DNA of 64,000 nt from Labilibaculum sp. (GCF_041595635.1 NZ_JBFHJW010000017.1:2883-66882); one strand, 5' to 3'; shown: positions 10,213-20,914, counted from the first letter of the stretch. Program-made: numbers and translations. The notes: generated by a model from the letters alone, not told the origin.

Positions 10213-10824
10213 ATGTCTTTATTTAAGAAATCGGTAGCACTTATTGTGGTACTTCTGGTTTTGGATCAGGTAGTAAAAATTTGGATCAAAACACATATGA
10301 TGCTCGGCGAAGAGTTTTCGGTGTTTGGAGATTGGTTCCTTGTTCATTTTATTGAAAATAATGGAATGGCATTTGGAATGGAATTGGAAGGCGAATGGGG
10401 CAAAATACTTTTGAGTTTGTTTCGGATTTTTGCCGTTTGTGGTATTGGTTGGTATCTCTACGATATTTGTAGCAAGAAAGCTCCTTTAGGACTCATTGTT
10501 TCAATTACCTTGATTTTTTCAGGAGCCATGGGAAATATTATCGATAGCGCATTTTATGGATTAATTTTTAATGATAGCTACTATCAGGTTGCAACCTTTC
10601 TGCCTGAAGCAGGTGGTTATTCATCCTTTTTGCATGGTAAGGTAGTTGATATGCTTTATTTTCCTTTGTTGGAAGGAAGATTTCCTGATTGGCTACCTTT
10701 GTGGGGGGGTGAACATTATATTTTCTTTCGCCCGGTATTTAACATTGCAGATTCTTACATTACCATAGGAGTTAGTTTTATTCTCCTGTTTCAACGAAAA
10801 TATTTCATTAAAGAACACAAATAA
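10213..10824 (+). CDS. lspA: Lipoprotein signal peptidase (signal peptidase II)
   Basis: 203 aa and polytopic. Has the conserved NNGMAFG and FNIADS Asp-containing motifs. Confidence 0.92.
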   Translation: MSLFKKSVALIVVLLVLDQVVKIWIKTHMMLGEEFSVFGDWFLVHFIENNGMAFGMELEGEWGKILLSLFRIFAVCGIGWYLYDICSKKAPLGLIVSITLIFSGAMGNIIDSAFYGLIFNDSYYQVATFLPEAGGYSSFLHGKVVDMLYFPLLEGRFPDWLPLWGGEHYIFFRPVFNIADSYITIGVSFILLFQRKYFIKEHK

Positions 10825-10847
10825 AAAAAGCCCGTTAGGGCTTTTTT
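10824..10847. terminator. Bidirectional terminator shared by lspA and the convergent membrane-protein gene
   Basis: AAAAAAGCCCgttaGGGCTTTTTT, a hairpin with an A-run and a T-run on either side. Confidence 0.75.
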
Positions 10848-11232
10848 AGGATTTAGCCTTAGCGGCTTTTCTTTTTCGTTGTGCTTTAAAATACAGTATT
10901 TGGCTGCGTAAACTCCAAATTCCACCCAGAATAATTAATAGAAAAATCCATTGTTTGCGTCCCCATCCGGCATCTCCTAAAACGCCCTTTAGCAACATCA
11001 CAACCGACATGATAATTAGTAAACTTGTAACTAAAGCTGCCACATGTCCAATAGCTGCATTCTCCTTTTGAATTCCTGCAGTGCAAAAAAAGAGTATCAG
11101 TCCAAAAAAGGTAGGAATTAAGGCTGTAAATTGCCAATCTCCAACTTCCAGATATCTTGCAGTGAATCCGAGTAATCCTACTATTAAAAGGATTATTGAA
11201 TAAATCTTATTGATTTGGTAAGTTTCTTTCAT
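10846..11232 (-). CDS. Hypothetical small integral membrane protein (about 4 TM)
   Basis: 128-aa ORF, strongly hydrophobic, with a basic C-terminal tail (QRKRKAAKAKS). No family recognised. Confidence 0.6.
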   Translation of the reverse strand: MKETYQINKIYSIILLIVGLLGFTARYLEVGDWQFTALIPTFFGLILFFCTAGIQKENAAIGHVAALVTSLLIIMSVVMLLKGVLGDAGWGRKQWIFLLIILGGIWSLRSQILYFKAQRKRKAAKAKS

Positions 11233-11335
11233 GAGTCTTATTTTTATTTAAATTAAATATAAATACTAAATTACAAAAACTCATTAACATTCAAAAGAGC
11301 TTTAGAGGCTATCATTTTTAGAAATGATAAAGCAT

Positions 11336-11367
11336 AAGAAAGGCTGCCACTCCTGACAGCCTTTCTT
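11336..11367 (-). terminator. Hairpin terminator downstream of the coiled-coil lipoprotein gene
   Basis: AAGAAAGGCTG / CAGCCTTTCTT 11-bp stem. The T-tract on the minus strand is imperfect. Confidence 0.5.
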
Positions 11368-11397
11368 GGACAACCTTAAAACTCAACCATGTATTGA

Positions 11398-12261
11398 TTA
11401 TCTGACCGCTACAACCAAATATTTTGAAGATTTCCAGAATTCTACTGGATCAAGAATCGTAATTCCTTCAACTGTTTCAGCTCCCTCAACCTTATAAGAG
11501 CTACTTGGATGATTGGTTACAAAACTAATCTTCTTCCCGATTACAGGAATTGTGTTTGTTTGGGTGATATCAATTTTTTCAAATTCACTTGTATCAAAAT
11601 CTTTATTAAGAATAGCAGTTTTTCCAATTCCAATAAAGCCACCGTCTTTCGAAATGATGTTTTTATCTTGTAATTCCTTGCTGGTTCCAAATACATAGTA
11701 TGCAGTATTTAGTTCATTTGTTGCATTCTCAATTACTTTCGTTTTATTCTCATTTTCTGTATTTAAAGCTAATACAGTTCCACTTAACTCAGTAACTTGT
11801 CCGCTTAAATTGTCAATTTCTATGTTTAGTTTCGCAACTTTCTCATTCAATTGTACAATTTCACCTTCTTTAGTCTGTAATTCTGTTTTCAGACGATCGG
11901 TTAATTTGCGTAGCTTCGAATTTTGATACCAGCTATTATTTAATTTTTTATCTAGTTCTTCAATTTTTAATTTATTCTGCTCTATTAAATTATTAATCGA
12001 AGTTAAATCACTTGCAATTCTTTGCTTTTGCGATTGATTTGGATTCTCCGAGTTAACTGCAATAATATTTTCTTTTTGCTTAATAATTTCAAGATTTTCT
12101 TCAATCGTATTTAATGATCCAATGAATTCATTAATAGAAGAGTCTTTTTCCTGAGCCATAACAGTTAGTTGTTGATTTTGCTCTCGAAGTTGTTTCAACT
12201 CTTTTTGGTTACATGAGATGAAAAATGGAACAATCAACAGTGCTATAAAAATACGTTTCAT
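11398..12261 (-). CDS. Coiled-coil lipoprotein with C-terminal beta domain (hypothetical)
   Basis: 287 aa with lipoprotein signal IALLIVPFFISC, a long heptad-like Q/E/K/N-rich region, then a globular C-terminus. Confidence 0.65.
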   Translation of the reverse strand: MKRIFIALLIVPFFISCNQKELKQLREQNQQLTVMAQEKDSSINEFIGSLNTIEENLEIIKQKENIIAVNSENPNQSQKQRIASDLTSINNLIEQNKLKIEELDKKLNNSWYQNSKLRKLTDRLKTELQTKEGEIVQLNEKVAKLNIEIDNLSGQVTELSGTVLALNTENENKTKVIENATNELNTAYYVFGTSKELQDKNIISKDGGFIGIGKTAILNKDFDTSEFEKIDITQTNTIPVIGKKISFVTNHPSSSYKVEGAETVEGITILDPVEFWKSSKYLVVAVR

Positions 12262-12602
12262 AAGTTATTTTTTAGAGATTTTGTTTCGTGTCTTTTTCTT
12301 TACATATGTGAATATCATGCCAAGAACTTTTTTTCATTCATTTTTTTCTTAGAAATAGGTTTAAGTGTCAGATTTATAGTGTTTAAATTGCTTTAATGAT
12401 TCTACGTATCGCACAAATTGTTTTAATTAGTAAAAGGGCTATGGGGAATACATCCCCATTTTCGGGGATAAAATACACAGTTTACAATAAGTATTTAGAA
12501 GTTTTGAATTCAAATCATCTGAAATTGACTTAAAAATTCTTACTAACTTTAGCCTACTGAAAGTAAGTAGAATAGCACTAAAATTAGTCCATACATATTA
12601 AG

Positions 12603-15149
12603 ATGGTAACAGAGGGTAAAAGTAATGTTAAAGTAAAGGTTGTCTTAGGGTATATATTTGTATTCTTGGCAATTATAGCATCTGTGTTTATTGCTTACCA
12701 GTCTTATAATAGACTTCTCGATTCGGTAGTGTTTTTATCGAAACCAGATGCGGAAATCGCTAGAATGAATCGAATTCTTACCAATTTATCAGAGGCCGAA
12801 AATAAGATTAGAATTTATTCATTAACTAAAAAGGAACGCTACTTGGCTGATTACGCCGAAAATATTATTGACATTCAGAATGATTTGGATTCGTTACGGA
12901 ATTTTAGCGTCGATAGTAAGTCTTTTTTATTAATTGATTCCATGAATTTTTTATTGGAGGAGCGAGCTGATAAATTGGAAAAGTTTGTTGAACTTAAGCG
13001 ATCCAAAGAGAAGGAGAATTTATCACAAAAAGCCATCGATCAGCTTAGTGAAGTTTCTGATGCGGCAAAAACAAAAATTAAAACCACAACTACCACTACT
13101 ACCTTTCTAGATACGGTGCTTAGTCCGTCTGAGGTGAAAAATGAAAAAAGAAAGGGCTTTGTAGCTCGTCTTTTTAGTGGAAAGAAAGTAGAAACAAAAA
13201 TTGATTCCATAGAGACTGTTATTAAGCGCACGCAAGTAAAAATAGATACCAGTTATTTGCCACAGTCTGATAGTTTGCTGAGAAGTTTGGAGAATATGTT
13301 ACTCGTTGCTCAGGCTAAGGAGAGATTAAATAGAGAGATTGTTTCGAATGAAGAATTGCGCCTTGTAGAGGAAAATTCTTTGATGTGGGATCAAATTAAA
13401 GTTTTACTTCATCAGTTAGAGGAAGAACGACTTCAGCAATTAACTCATGAATCGGAAAGTGCAAAGGAGATTGCAAATCGTTCTATTTTTTTGATTTCAA
13501 TCATTATTATTGTAGGATTTGTACTGGGAATCTTATTCATTATTTTTATTCTTACCGATATCACGAAAAGTAATTTTTATCGAAAAGAACTTTTTGTAGC
13601 GAAGGGAAAAGCCGAAAAATTGGCCAAAGTGAAGGAGGACTTTTTAGCAACAATGAGTCATGAAATTAGAACTCCTCTAAATGCTATCATTGGTTTTACC
13701 AATCAGCTTACGAAAACAAAATTGGAAGACCAGCAGCAAAGCTTTGTTCGTGTTTTGAAAAATTCATCGACTCATTTGTTGGGTATAGTGAACGAAATTC
13801 TCGATTTATCGAAAATTGAAGCTGGAAAGCTACACATCGAAAAAATCCCATTTCATCCTTATTCACTGGTTTTTGATGCTTACGACATTTTAAAAATAAA
13901 TGCTGATAATAAGAAGGTTGACTTTAGCTTGGACTATGAAGGAAACGATAAAATAAATTTGGAGAGTGATCCGTTTCGAATCAAACAGATTATACTAAAT
14001 TTAGGAAGTAATGCCATTAAATTTACCAATAAGGGTTCTGTTAGCATTAAAGTATCGGTGACTCCCAAAGGAAAGCTCTTTTCATTTGAAGTAGATGTTG
14101 TGGATACGGGAATTGGAATTGAGGAGAGTAAATTGGAAACTATTTTTGAGGATTTTAGTCAGGCTGATTCTTTTTCGGCTAGAAAATATGGCGGTACAGG
14201 ATTGGGACTTGCCATAAGCAGAAGATTAGCACGATTATTAGGTGGCGATTTGAATGTGGAAAGTAAGTTGGGCGAAGGATCTTGTTTCAGCTTAAAAATT
14301 CCATTGATGGAATCGAAAAAAAAGGTCGTCGATCGTAAAGAAATAAAGAAAAAAGAAATGCCAGATTTTTTGAAAAACAAATCATTTCTGGTAGCTGATG
14401 ACGATCCGTATAGTTTGCTCTTGTTAAAAAGTATTTTCTCAGATTGGGGATTGAAAGCCGATTTTGTGGAGAATGGAGTGAAGGCTTTCCAATTGGTAAA
14501 TCAGCAGGTTTATGATTTGATTCTTACCGATATTCATATGCCTGAAATGGGCGGCATTGAACTTTGTAGAAGGATCCGAAAATTAGATCAAAACAATAAA
14601 TCGGAAGTCCCAATTATTGCCTTAACTGCTAATGTAAGAGAATCGGATTTACAGGAATACATTGCTTCGGGAATGACCGAATGTCTGGTAAAACCATTTG
14701 ACGAGCTATTACTTATTAAAATGCTTCACGATTTGTTTGGCTCCGATGATGGGGAAAATATTGAGGTGCAAAATACTTCTTCTGCTGTAAAATCTAATCA
14801 ACTGTTTGATTTAAGTCAGATTCAGCAATTTACTGCTGAGGATGAGGAATTATTGAATCAGGTTTTGGCACAGTTTATTGAATCGGCTCATGAAAATATT
14901 GAATTAATGAGCAAAGCCTTGCGGGAAGAAAACTATTTAATGATAGGGGAAATTGCTCATAAAATGTTGTCGTCTTTCAATCAGCTTAAAGTAATAAAAG
15001 TGGTTCCTATTCTATTGCAATTAGAAGCTTTTCTTCATAAAAAAGAAGAGGCTAAGATTTCACACGAACAGGTAAAGAAATGGATTGATGAGCTTATTGT
15101 CAACACGAAAAAGGTAACATCCTCCATTCAGGAGGAGATGTCAGCCTAA
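12603..15149 (+). CDS. Hybrid sensor histidine kinase/response regulator with C-terminal HPt domain (CHASE3-like periplasmic sensor)
   Basis: 848 aa with two TM segments, H-box SHEIRTPLN, ATPase boxes NLGSNAIKFT / DTGIGI / GGTGLGLAIS, receiver LVADDDP...LILTDIHMPEMGG...KP, and HPt-like AHKMLSSF. Confidence 0.92.
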   Translation: MVTEGKSNVKVKVVLGYIFVFLAIIASVFIAYQSYNRLLDSVVFLSKPDAEIARMNRILTNLSEAENKIRIYSLTKKERYLADYAENIIDIQNDLDSLRNFSVDSKSFLLIDSMNFLLEERADKLEKFVELKRSKEKENLSQKAIDQLSEVSDAAKTKIKTTTTTTTFLDTVLSPSEVKNEKRKGFVARLFSGKKVETKIDSIETVIKRTQVKIDTSYLPQSDSLLRSLENMLLVAQAKERLNREIVSNEELRLVEENSLMWDQIKVLLHQLEEERLQQLTHESESAKEIANRSIFLISIIIIVGFVLGILFIIFILTDITKSNFYRKELFVAKGKAEKLAKVKEDFLATMSHEIRTPLNAIIGFTNQLTKTKLEDQQQSFVRVLKNSSTHLLGIVNEILDLSKIEAGKLHIEKIPFHPYSLVFDAYDILKINADNKKVDFSLDYEGNDKINLESDPFRIKQIILNLGSNAIKFTNKGSVSIKVSVTPKGKLFSFEVDVVDTGIGIEESKLETIFEDFSQADSFSARKYGGTGLGLAISRRLARLLGGDLNVESKLGEGSCFSLKIPLMESKKKVVDRKEIKKKEMPDFLKNKSFLVADDDPYSLLLLKSIFSDWGLKADFVENGVKAFQLVNQQVYDLILTDIHMPEMGGIELCRRIRKLDQNNKSEVPIIALTANVRESDLQEYIASGMTECLVKPFDELLLIKMLHDLFGSDDGENIEVQNTSSAVKSNQLFDLSQIQQFTAEDEELLNQVLAQFIESAHENIELMSKALREENYLMIGEIAHKMLSSFNQLKVIKVVPILLQLEAFLHKKEEAKISHEQVKKWIDELIVNTKKVTSSIQEEMSA

Positions 15150-15153
15150 TGAT

Positions 15154-16506
15154 TTACATATCAATTTTGTATTGCTTTATTTTATTGTATAAGGTTTTGC
15201 GGTCGATATTCAGCATTCGTGCAGCTTTTGATTTGTTGTAGTTCACTTTTTGAAGGGTGGAAATGATTAGTTCTTTCTCATTGATGGCTTGAATTAATTT
15301 CAAATCGGAACCTTCTAAAATTGCCGTATTGCTATTGTTTTCATTTAAAATTTCGTTAGGCAAACTAATTATTTCTACCTTTCTTTCCGGGCTCAGTAAA
15401 ACAGATCTTCTCACCACATTTCGGAGTTCTCGAAGGTTTCCTGGCCAGGAGTAAGATTTGAATTTTTCAATTACTTCAGGGCTAAATTCAGCAACAGTTT
15501 TGTTGAGTTCCTCATTTGATAATTCGAGAAAATAATTGGCAAACAATTCTATGTCTTCAATTCTGTTTCGCAGCGCAGGAACCGTAATTTTAAATTCGTT
15601 TAAGCGATGATATAAATCCTCCCTAAAATTGCCTTTGTTTACCGATACAGAAAGATCTTCGTTAGTTGCTACTACAATGCGAACATCAACGTCTATATCT
15701 TTATTGCTTCCTATTCGGCGAACTTTTCGTTCCTGCAATGCTCGTAAAAGTTTCACCTGAATTTCGTACGATAAATTCCCGATTTCATCTAAAAACAAAG
15801 TGCCGCCCTCAGCTGCTTCAAATTGACCCTCTTTGTCGTTTATTGCTCCCGTAAATGAGCCTTTTATGTGACCAAATAATTCGCTTCCAGCCAAGTCGGT
15901 CGATAAAGCACCACAATCGACAGCAACAAATGCTTTCTTTTTGCGCTTACTATCGTAGTGAATTCGTTGTGCAGCAATTTCTTTTCCTGTACCACTTTCT
16001 CCTTCTATAATTACCGACATATCAGTAGGAGCCACTAATTTAATGTATTGATCGATTTGCTGGGAATTAGAACTTTTCCCACGAACAAAATTTACTTCTT
16101 CGTTCTTCTTTTTTTCTTTTGATTTTTGAGCGCTTTTTTGCTCTGATGATTTTTCTAGAGCTGAATTAATTAGCAATAAAATTTCATCAGGATTAAGCGG
16201 CTTGGTCACATATTCGTAGGCACCCATTTTAATAGCATTAACAGCTGTTCTAATATCAGCATAGGATGTCATGATAATAACAGGCATCTGAGGATGCATG
16301 GATTTAATTTTTTGCAGAAGTTCTAATCCATCAAAATCGGGTAAACGAAAATCACTTAAAACAAGATTAAATTGATTGTTTTCTAACTTTTTTAACGCTT
16401 CGCCAGCCGAGAATACTGCATCAGCATCAAAGCTTTTCCTTTTAAGTAAAGCTTGAAGCATCATGCATATCGTTGGATCATCATCAATTACTAAAATCTT
16501 CTTCAT
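15154..16506 (-). CDS. Sigma-54-dependent Fis-family response regulator (NtrC-like enhancer-binding protein)
   Basis: Receiver domain (ILVIDDDP...LSDFRLPDFDG), AAA+ Walker A GESGTGKE, GAFTGA-type loop GSFTGA and C-terminal HTH KSKAARMLNIDRKTLYNKIK. I prefer the start at ATG 16506 (MKKILVIDDD); the track ORF extends to 16629. Confidence 0.92.
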   Translation of the reverse strand: MKKILVIDDDPTICMMLQALLKRKSFDADAVFSAGEALKKLENNQFNLVLSDFRLPDFDGLELLQKIKSMHPQMPVIIMTSYADIRTAVNAIKMGAYEYVTKPLNPDEILLLINSALEKSSEQKSAQKSKEKKKNEEVNFVRGKSSNSQQIDQYIKLVAPTDMSVIIEGESGTGKEIAAQRIHYDSKRKKKAFVAVDCGALSTDLAGSELFGHIKGSFTGAINDKEGQFEAAEGGTLFLDEIGNLSYEIQVKLLRALQERKVRRIGSNKDIDVDVRIVVATNEDLSVSVNKGNFREDLYHRLNEFKITVPALRNRIEDIELFANYFLELSNEELNKTVAEFSPEVIEKFKSYSWPGNLRELRNVVRRSVLLSPERKVEIISLPNEILNENNSNTAILEGSDLKLIQAINEKELIISTLQKVNYNKSKAARMLNIDRKTLYNKIKQYKIDM

Positions 16507-16631
16507 GCTAGTGGTAAGCTGGTTAATGTATCTTTTAATCAAAATTACATAAAAAGAGTGGATGAATGAAATGCTCCTCTTTAATTCAATAATAGTAAAC
16601 TCTATTCGTTTGCCAGATTTACAATGCAATA

Positions 16632-16670
16632 AAGGTCGGTAATCATTGCTGAATCCGACCTTCTCTTTTT
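16632..16670. terminator. Hairpin between rnr and the sigma-54 regulator gene
   Basis: AAGGTCGG / CCGACCTT stem. The T-run (CTCTTTTTTT) is on the + strand although both flanking genes are on the - strand, so orientation and function are uncertain. Confidence 0.35.
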
Positions 16671-18848
16671 TTACAGAAAAGAATTATATTTTTTTTCAGA
16701 ATCAGCGAGTACAAAATCCAGTTGTTTAGCTATTAAATTGGCTTTGGCAACTAAAATATTTACTTTATCGCCCAATTGATATATTTTCCGGTGATTGCGT
16801 CCAACAATGCAATAGTTGTCCTCATCAAATTCGTAGAAATCATCTTCCAATTCGCGAATGGATACCATTCCTTCGCATTTATTTTCATCTAATTCTACGT
16901 AAAATCCCCATTCGGTTACTCCTGATATGGTTCCAATAAATTCTTGTCCCAGATGTTCCTGCATGAATTCTACTTGCTTGTATTTGATAGAAGCTCGTTC
17001 GGCTTGAGCAGCTCTTTGCTCCATCTCACTACAATGCTGGCAATATTCTTCGTATTTATCTTTGTTTACCGATTTTGCTCCCGAGAAGTATTTTTCCAAC
17101 AATCGGTGAACCATCATGTCGGGATATCTTCTAATTGGTGAGGTAAAATGCGAATAGTAGTCGAAATGCAATCCGTAGTGGCCAATGTTTACAGTTGAAT
17201 ATTCGGCCTTAGCCATGGAACGTATGGCTAGAGTTTCTACTAAATTTTGAATGCTTTCTCCTTTAACGTCATGCAGTAAAGTATTTAATGATGTCGATAT
17301 TGCACTGGCGCTGCTGGTTTTAAGTCCGTAACCAAATTTTTGTATGAACTGATTGAAAGAGTTTAGTTTTTCAGGGTTTGGTTGGTCGTGAGTTCTGTAA
17401 ACAAAGGTTTTGGCTGTTTTTCCTTTTGCAACGCGGCCTATTGTTTCGGCTACACGACGGTTTGCCAAAAGCATGAATTCTTCAATTAACTTATTCGAGT
17501 CTTTCGATTCTTTAAAGTAAACGCGGGTTGGTTTTCCATCTTCGTCAATTTCAAATTTTACTTCGAAACGTTCAAAATCGATGGCTCCTTTTTTGAATCT
17601 TTTTTTGCGAAGAATCTTAGCCAATTTATCTAGCTCTAGAACTTCTTCCTGAAAATCTCCCTGACCTGTTTCTATAATTTCCTGAGCTTCTTCATAAGTA
17701 AATCTGCGGTTCGAGTTGATAATTGTTTTACCAATCCAGGTTGAAATAACTTCAGCTTTGTCATTCATCTCGAAAACAGCAGAAAAGGTTAACTTTTCTT
17801 CATTAGGACGCAAAGAACAAACTCCGTTGGATAAACGTTCAGGCAACATAGGAACGACTCTGTCAACCAGATAAACAGAAGTTGCTCTATCGAATGCTTC
17901 CTGTTCAATAATGCTTCCTTTTCGCACGTAATGCGTTACATCAGCAATGTGAACACCAATTTCCCAATTCCCATTTTCAAGTGTTCTGATAGACAGAGCA
18001 TCATCGAAATCTTTTGCGTCATGTGGATCGATAGTAAAAGTGGTTACATTTCTAAAATCCTGACGGCGACCAATTTCTTCTGCACTAATTTCATCAGAAA
18101 TATGCTCGGCGGCTTCGTTTACATTTTCGGGGAAAATATGAGGCAGATCAAATTCGGCTAAGATGGCATGCATCTCGGTATTGTTATCGCCTGGTTTTCC
18201 TAGAACTGTAGTAACTTGACCAACCGGATTTTTCGATTTTTTAGGCCATTCAATGATTTGCACAATTGCTTTATCGCCATTTTGAGCGCCATTTAACTTG
18301 GCCAAGGGAATAAAGATATCGTATGGCATTTGTTTTCCAGATGAAACTAGGAATGCGTAGTTTTTAGAAAGGTCGATAATACCAACAAATGAGGTCTTTT
18401 TCCTTTTAACAATTTCAATAACCTCTCCTTCTGGCTGCTTGCTCTTTTTACGAGCATAAAGAGAAACTTTAACAATATCGCCATGCAAAGCTCTGTTTAA
18501 ATTAGCTTGCGATACAAAAACATCTTCTTCAATTTCTTCGGATACGATAAATGCAGCTCCGCGAGCAGTCATGTCTACTTTACCTGTTATATGGCCAGTT
18601 TTCGATTTGGATTTATATTTTCCTGTTGAGACTTCACTTAAAAGGTCTAAATCAACCAAATCGCTAAGAACTCCAACTACGAGCTGTTTTGTGCCCATGT
18701 CTTTAATTCCTAATTCGCTTGAAATTTGTTTGTAGTTGAATGTTTTTGTAGGATTTTGAGCGAATATTCCATCAATCAGTTTTGCTAGATTTTGGCGGTT
18801 ATATTTTGGACTTCCTTTTCTATGTTCTTTTTTATTTTTTTTTGACAT
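16671..18848 (-). CDS. rnr: Ribonuclease R
   Basis: 725 aa with a basic N-terminus, cold-shock-like domains, RNB catalytic motif TIDPHDAKDFDDALS and a C-terminal S1 domain (GTISGVTEWGFYVEL). Confidence 0.93.
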   Translation of the reverse strand: MSKKNKKEHRKGSPKYNRQNLAKLIDGIFAQNPTKTFNYKQISSELGIKDMGTKQLVVGVLSDLVDLDLLSEVSTGKYKSKSKTGHITGKVDMTARGAAFIVSEEIEEDVFVSQANLNRALHGDIVKVSLYARKKSKQPEGEVIEIVKRKKTSFVGIIDLSKNYAFLVSSGKQMPYDIFIPLAKLNGAQNGDKAIVQIIEWPKKSKNPVGQVTTVLGKPGDNNTEMHAILAEFDLPHIFPENVNEAAEHISDEISAEEIGRRQDFRNVTTFTIDPHDAKDFDDALSIRTLENGNWEIGVHIADVTHYVRKGSIIEQEAFDRATSVYLVDRVVPMLPERLSNGVCSLRPNEEKLTFSAVFEMNDKAEVISTWIGKTIINSNRRFTYEEAQEIIETGQGDFQEEVLELDKLAKILRKKRFKKGAIDFERFEVKFEIDEDGKPTRVYFKESKDSNKLIEEFMLLANRRVAETIGRVAKGKTAKTFVYRTHDQPNPEKLNSFNQFIQKFGYGLKTSSASAISTSLNTLLHDVKGESIQNLVETLAIRSMAKAEYSTVNIGHYGLHFDYYSHFTSPIRRYPDMMVHRLLEKYFSGAKSVNKDKYEEYCQHCSEMEQRAAQAERASIKYKQVEFMQEHLGQEFIGTISGVTEWGFYVELDENKCEGMVSIRELEDDFYEFDEDNYCIVGRNHRKIYQLGDKVNILVAKANLIAKQLDFVLADSEKKYNSFL

Positions 18849-19403
18849 TTCTTTAATTTTGTAATTCCACTATTCAATTGATCTAGTATAAGTTCATAGC
18901 TTTAAAGTAAGAATAAAAAATGTATTTTGATTGTCTATAACAATAATACATGATTAAGATTTTCTTATGAGCATAAGATCGGCATTTATTCTATTTAAAT
19001 TAGATCAATTTCTATATAAAATTTCGTTGTTATTTTCTTTGTTGATTTTCCTTTACATTCAATGAGGAAGATGAATGTATTCTAATAATATTGCTGATGA
19101 TGCTAAGTGCAAATAAGGATATTGGATAGAATAATTTACTGCACAAAGATAGTGAAGGAATCTATATAGACAATAAAAAAAAACGCTTATGAAAAAGATA
19201 CGTCACTAATCTTGCTATTTTTCTGTAACTATTGAATGAAATGTGACTTGTTTGGGCTTTGTTGATAGGCTGAAAAGATTAGGAATAAGATTAAATGGAG
19301 GCTATCTATCAGAATTATATAGTTATTCGCAATATATTTTATGGAGAGCAATTATTTTTTATAATTTTACACTCCCAGTAGAATTTGGAATTATATTACA
19401 GTT

Positions 19404-20876
19404 ATGGAAAATAAGTTGTTCATTTATAATACACTAAGTCGGAAGAAAGAATTGTTTGAACCCATCAGTGCGCCTCATGTTGGGCTTTATGTATGTGGTC
19501 CTACGGTTTATGGTGATGCGCACCTAGGTCACGCACGCCCCGCAATTACTTTCGATTTGGTTTTTCGTTACCTATCACACATCGGTTTTAAAGTTCGCTA
19601 CGTGAGAAATATCACTGATGTAGGACATTTGGTGAATGATGCCGACGAAGGAGAAGATAAAATTGCAAAAAAGGCTCGTTTGGAACAACTTGAGCCAATG
19701 GAAATTGTTCAATATTTTACCGATCGATATCATAAGGATATGGATGATTTGAATGTATTGAGGCCAAGTATTGAACCTCGTGCATCGGGACACATTATTG
19801 AGCAAATGGAGGTGATCGATAAATTACTTGCCAATGGATTTGCCTATGAAAGCAATGGTTCGGTATATTTTGATGTTAAAGCATACAGTAAAAAATACGA
19901 CTATGGAAAATTGTCTGGACGAAAAATTGAAGAGTTAATTTCGAATACTCGCGATTTGGAAGGACAAAGTGAAAAGAAAAATAGTTTCGATTTCGCCTTA
20001 TGGAAAAAAGCGAGTCCGGAACACATTATGCGTTGGCCTTCGAAATGGAGCGATGGATTTCCAGGATGGCATCTAGAATGTTCGGCTATGAGTCAGAAAT
20101 ATTTGGGCGCCAAATTTGATATTCATGGTGGAGGATTGGATTTGCAATTTCCACATCACGAATGTGAGATTGCTCAATCAACTGGTTCTAATGGACATGA
20201 AGCTGTAAAATATTGGATGCACAATAACATGATTACCATCAATGGACAGAAAATGGGGAAATCATTGGGAAATTTTGTGAATTTAGGAGCAATGTTTTCA
20301 GGCGAAAATGATGTGTTGGAGCAAGCATACAGTCCTATGACAGTACGTTTTTTCATGCTTCAGGCTCACTATCGTAGTCCACTCGATTTTTCAAATGATG
20401 CGCTTCAGGCAGCCGAAAAGGGTTTTAAAAGACTGATGACAGCCATTGAAACCTTGGATAAAATTAAGGTTTCGGATTCTTCTTCCAATTCAATTGAAGA
20501 ATTGAAAACGAAATGTTACGAAGCTTTAAGTGATGATTTTAACACGCCAATTTTGATTGCTCATCTTTTTGATGGTGTGAAGATGATTAATTCATTAGCA
20601 AGCGGAAAAGAAAAGATAAGCGCTAGCGATCTGGGAAGTCTGAAAAAATTGTATAACGAATTGGTTTTTGATGTGTTAGGCTTGAAAAAAGAAGGCGAAG
20701 AAGGTGGAAACAATGAAATACTCGATCAGGTAATTCGTTTGCTTCTTTCGACTCGAGACGAAGCTAAAAAAAATAAGGATTGGGCAACTGCCGATAAAAT
20801 TAGAGATGAACTAACCCATTTGGGAATTGTTGTAAAAGACACCAAGGATGGTCATGAATGGGAAATTGTAAAATAA
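19404..20876 (+). CDS. cysS: Cysteine--tRNA ligase
   Basis: 490 aa with HIGH region GDAHLGHAR, zinc-site region WHLECSAM and KMSKS variant KMGKSLGN. Confidence 0.96.
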   Translation: MENKLFIYNTLSRKKELFEPISAPHVGLYVCGPTVYGDAHLGHARPAITFDLVFRYLSHIGFKVRYVRNITDVGHLVNDADEGEDKIAKKARLEQLEPMEIVQYFTDRYHKDMDDLNVLRPSIEPRASGHIIEQMEVIDKLLANGFAYESNGSVYFDVKAYSKKYDYGKLSGRKIEELISNTRDLEGQSEKKNSFDFALWKKASPEHIMRWPSKWSDGFPGWHLECSAMSQKYLGAKFDIHGGGLDLQFPHHECEIAQSTGSNGHEAVKYWMHNNMITINGQKMGKSLGNFVNLGAMFSGENDVLEQAYSPMTVRFFMLQAHYRSPLDFSNDALQAAEKGFKRLMTAIETLDKIKVSDSSSNSIEELKTKCYEALSDDFNTPILIAHLFDGVKMINSLASGKEKISASDLGSLKKLYNELVFDVLGLKKEGEEGGNNEILDQVIRLLLSTRDEAKKNKDWATADKIRDELTHLGIVVKDTKDGHEWEIVK

Positions 20877-20881
20877 ATTGG

Positions 20882-20914
20882 AACTGTCCTGATTGATCAG
20901 GACAGTTTTTTTTT
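20882..20914 (+). terminator. Rho-independent terminator after cysS
   Basis: AACTGTCCTGAttgaTCAGGACAGTT followed by a T-run (T8). Confidence 0.85.

Noticed and set aside
12310-12330. Sigma-54 promoter-like TGGCAT on the minus strand upstream of the coiled-coil lipoprotein gene
   Set aside because: The -12 element is absent: the sequence reads TGGCATGATATTCACA, with CA where GC is required 10 nt after GG. A second TGGCAT near 32440 fails the same test.
13075-13110. Short ACC/ACT-rich repeat encoding a poly-threonine run (TTTTTTT) in the hybrid kinase sensor domain
   Set aside because: It is an in-frame low-complexity linker within an intact ORF, not a tandem-repeat locus or a phase-variation tract of meaningful length.
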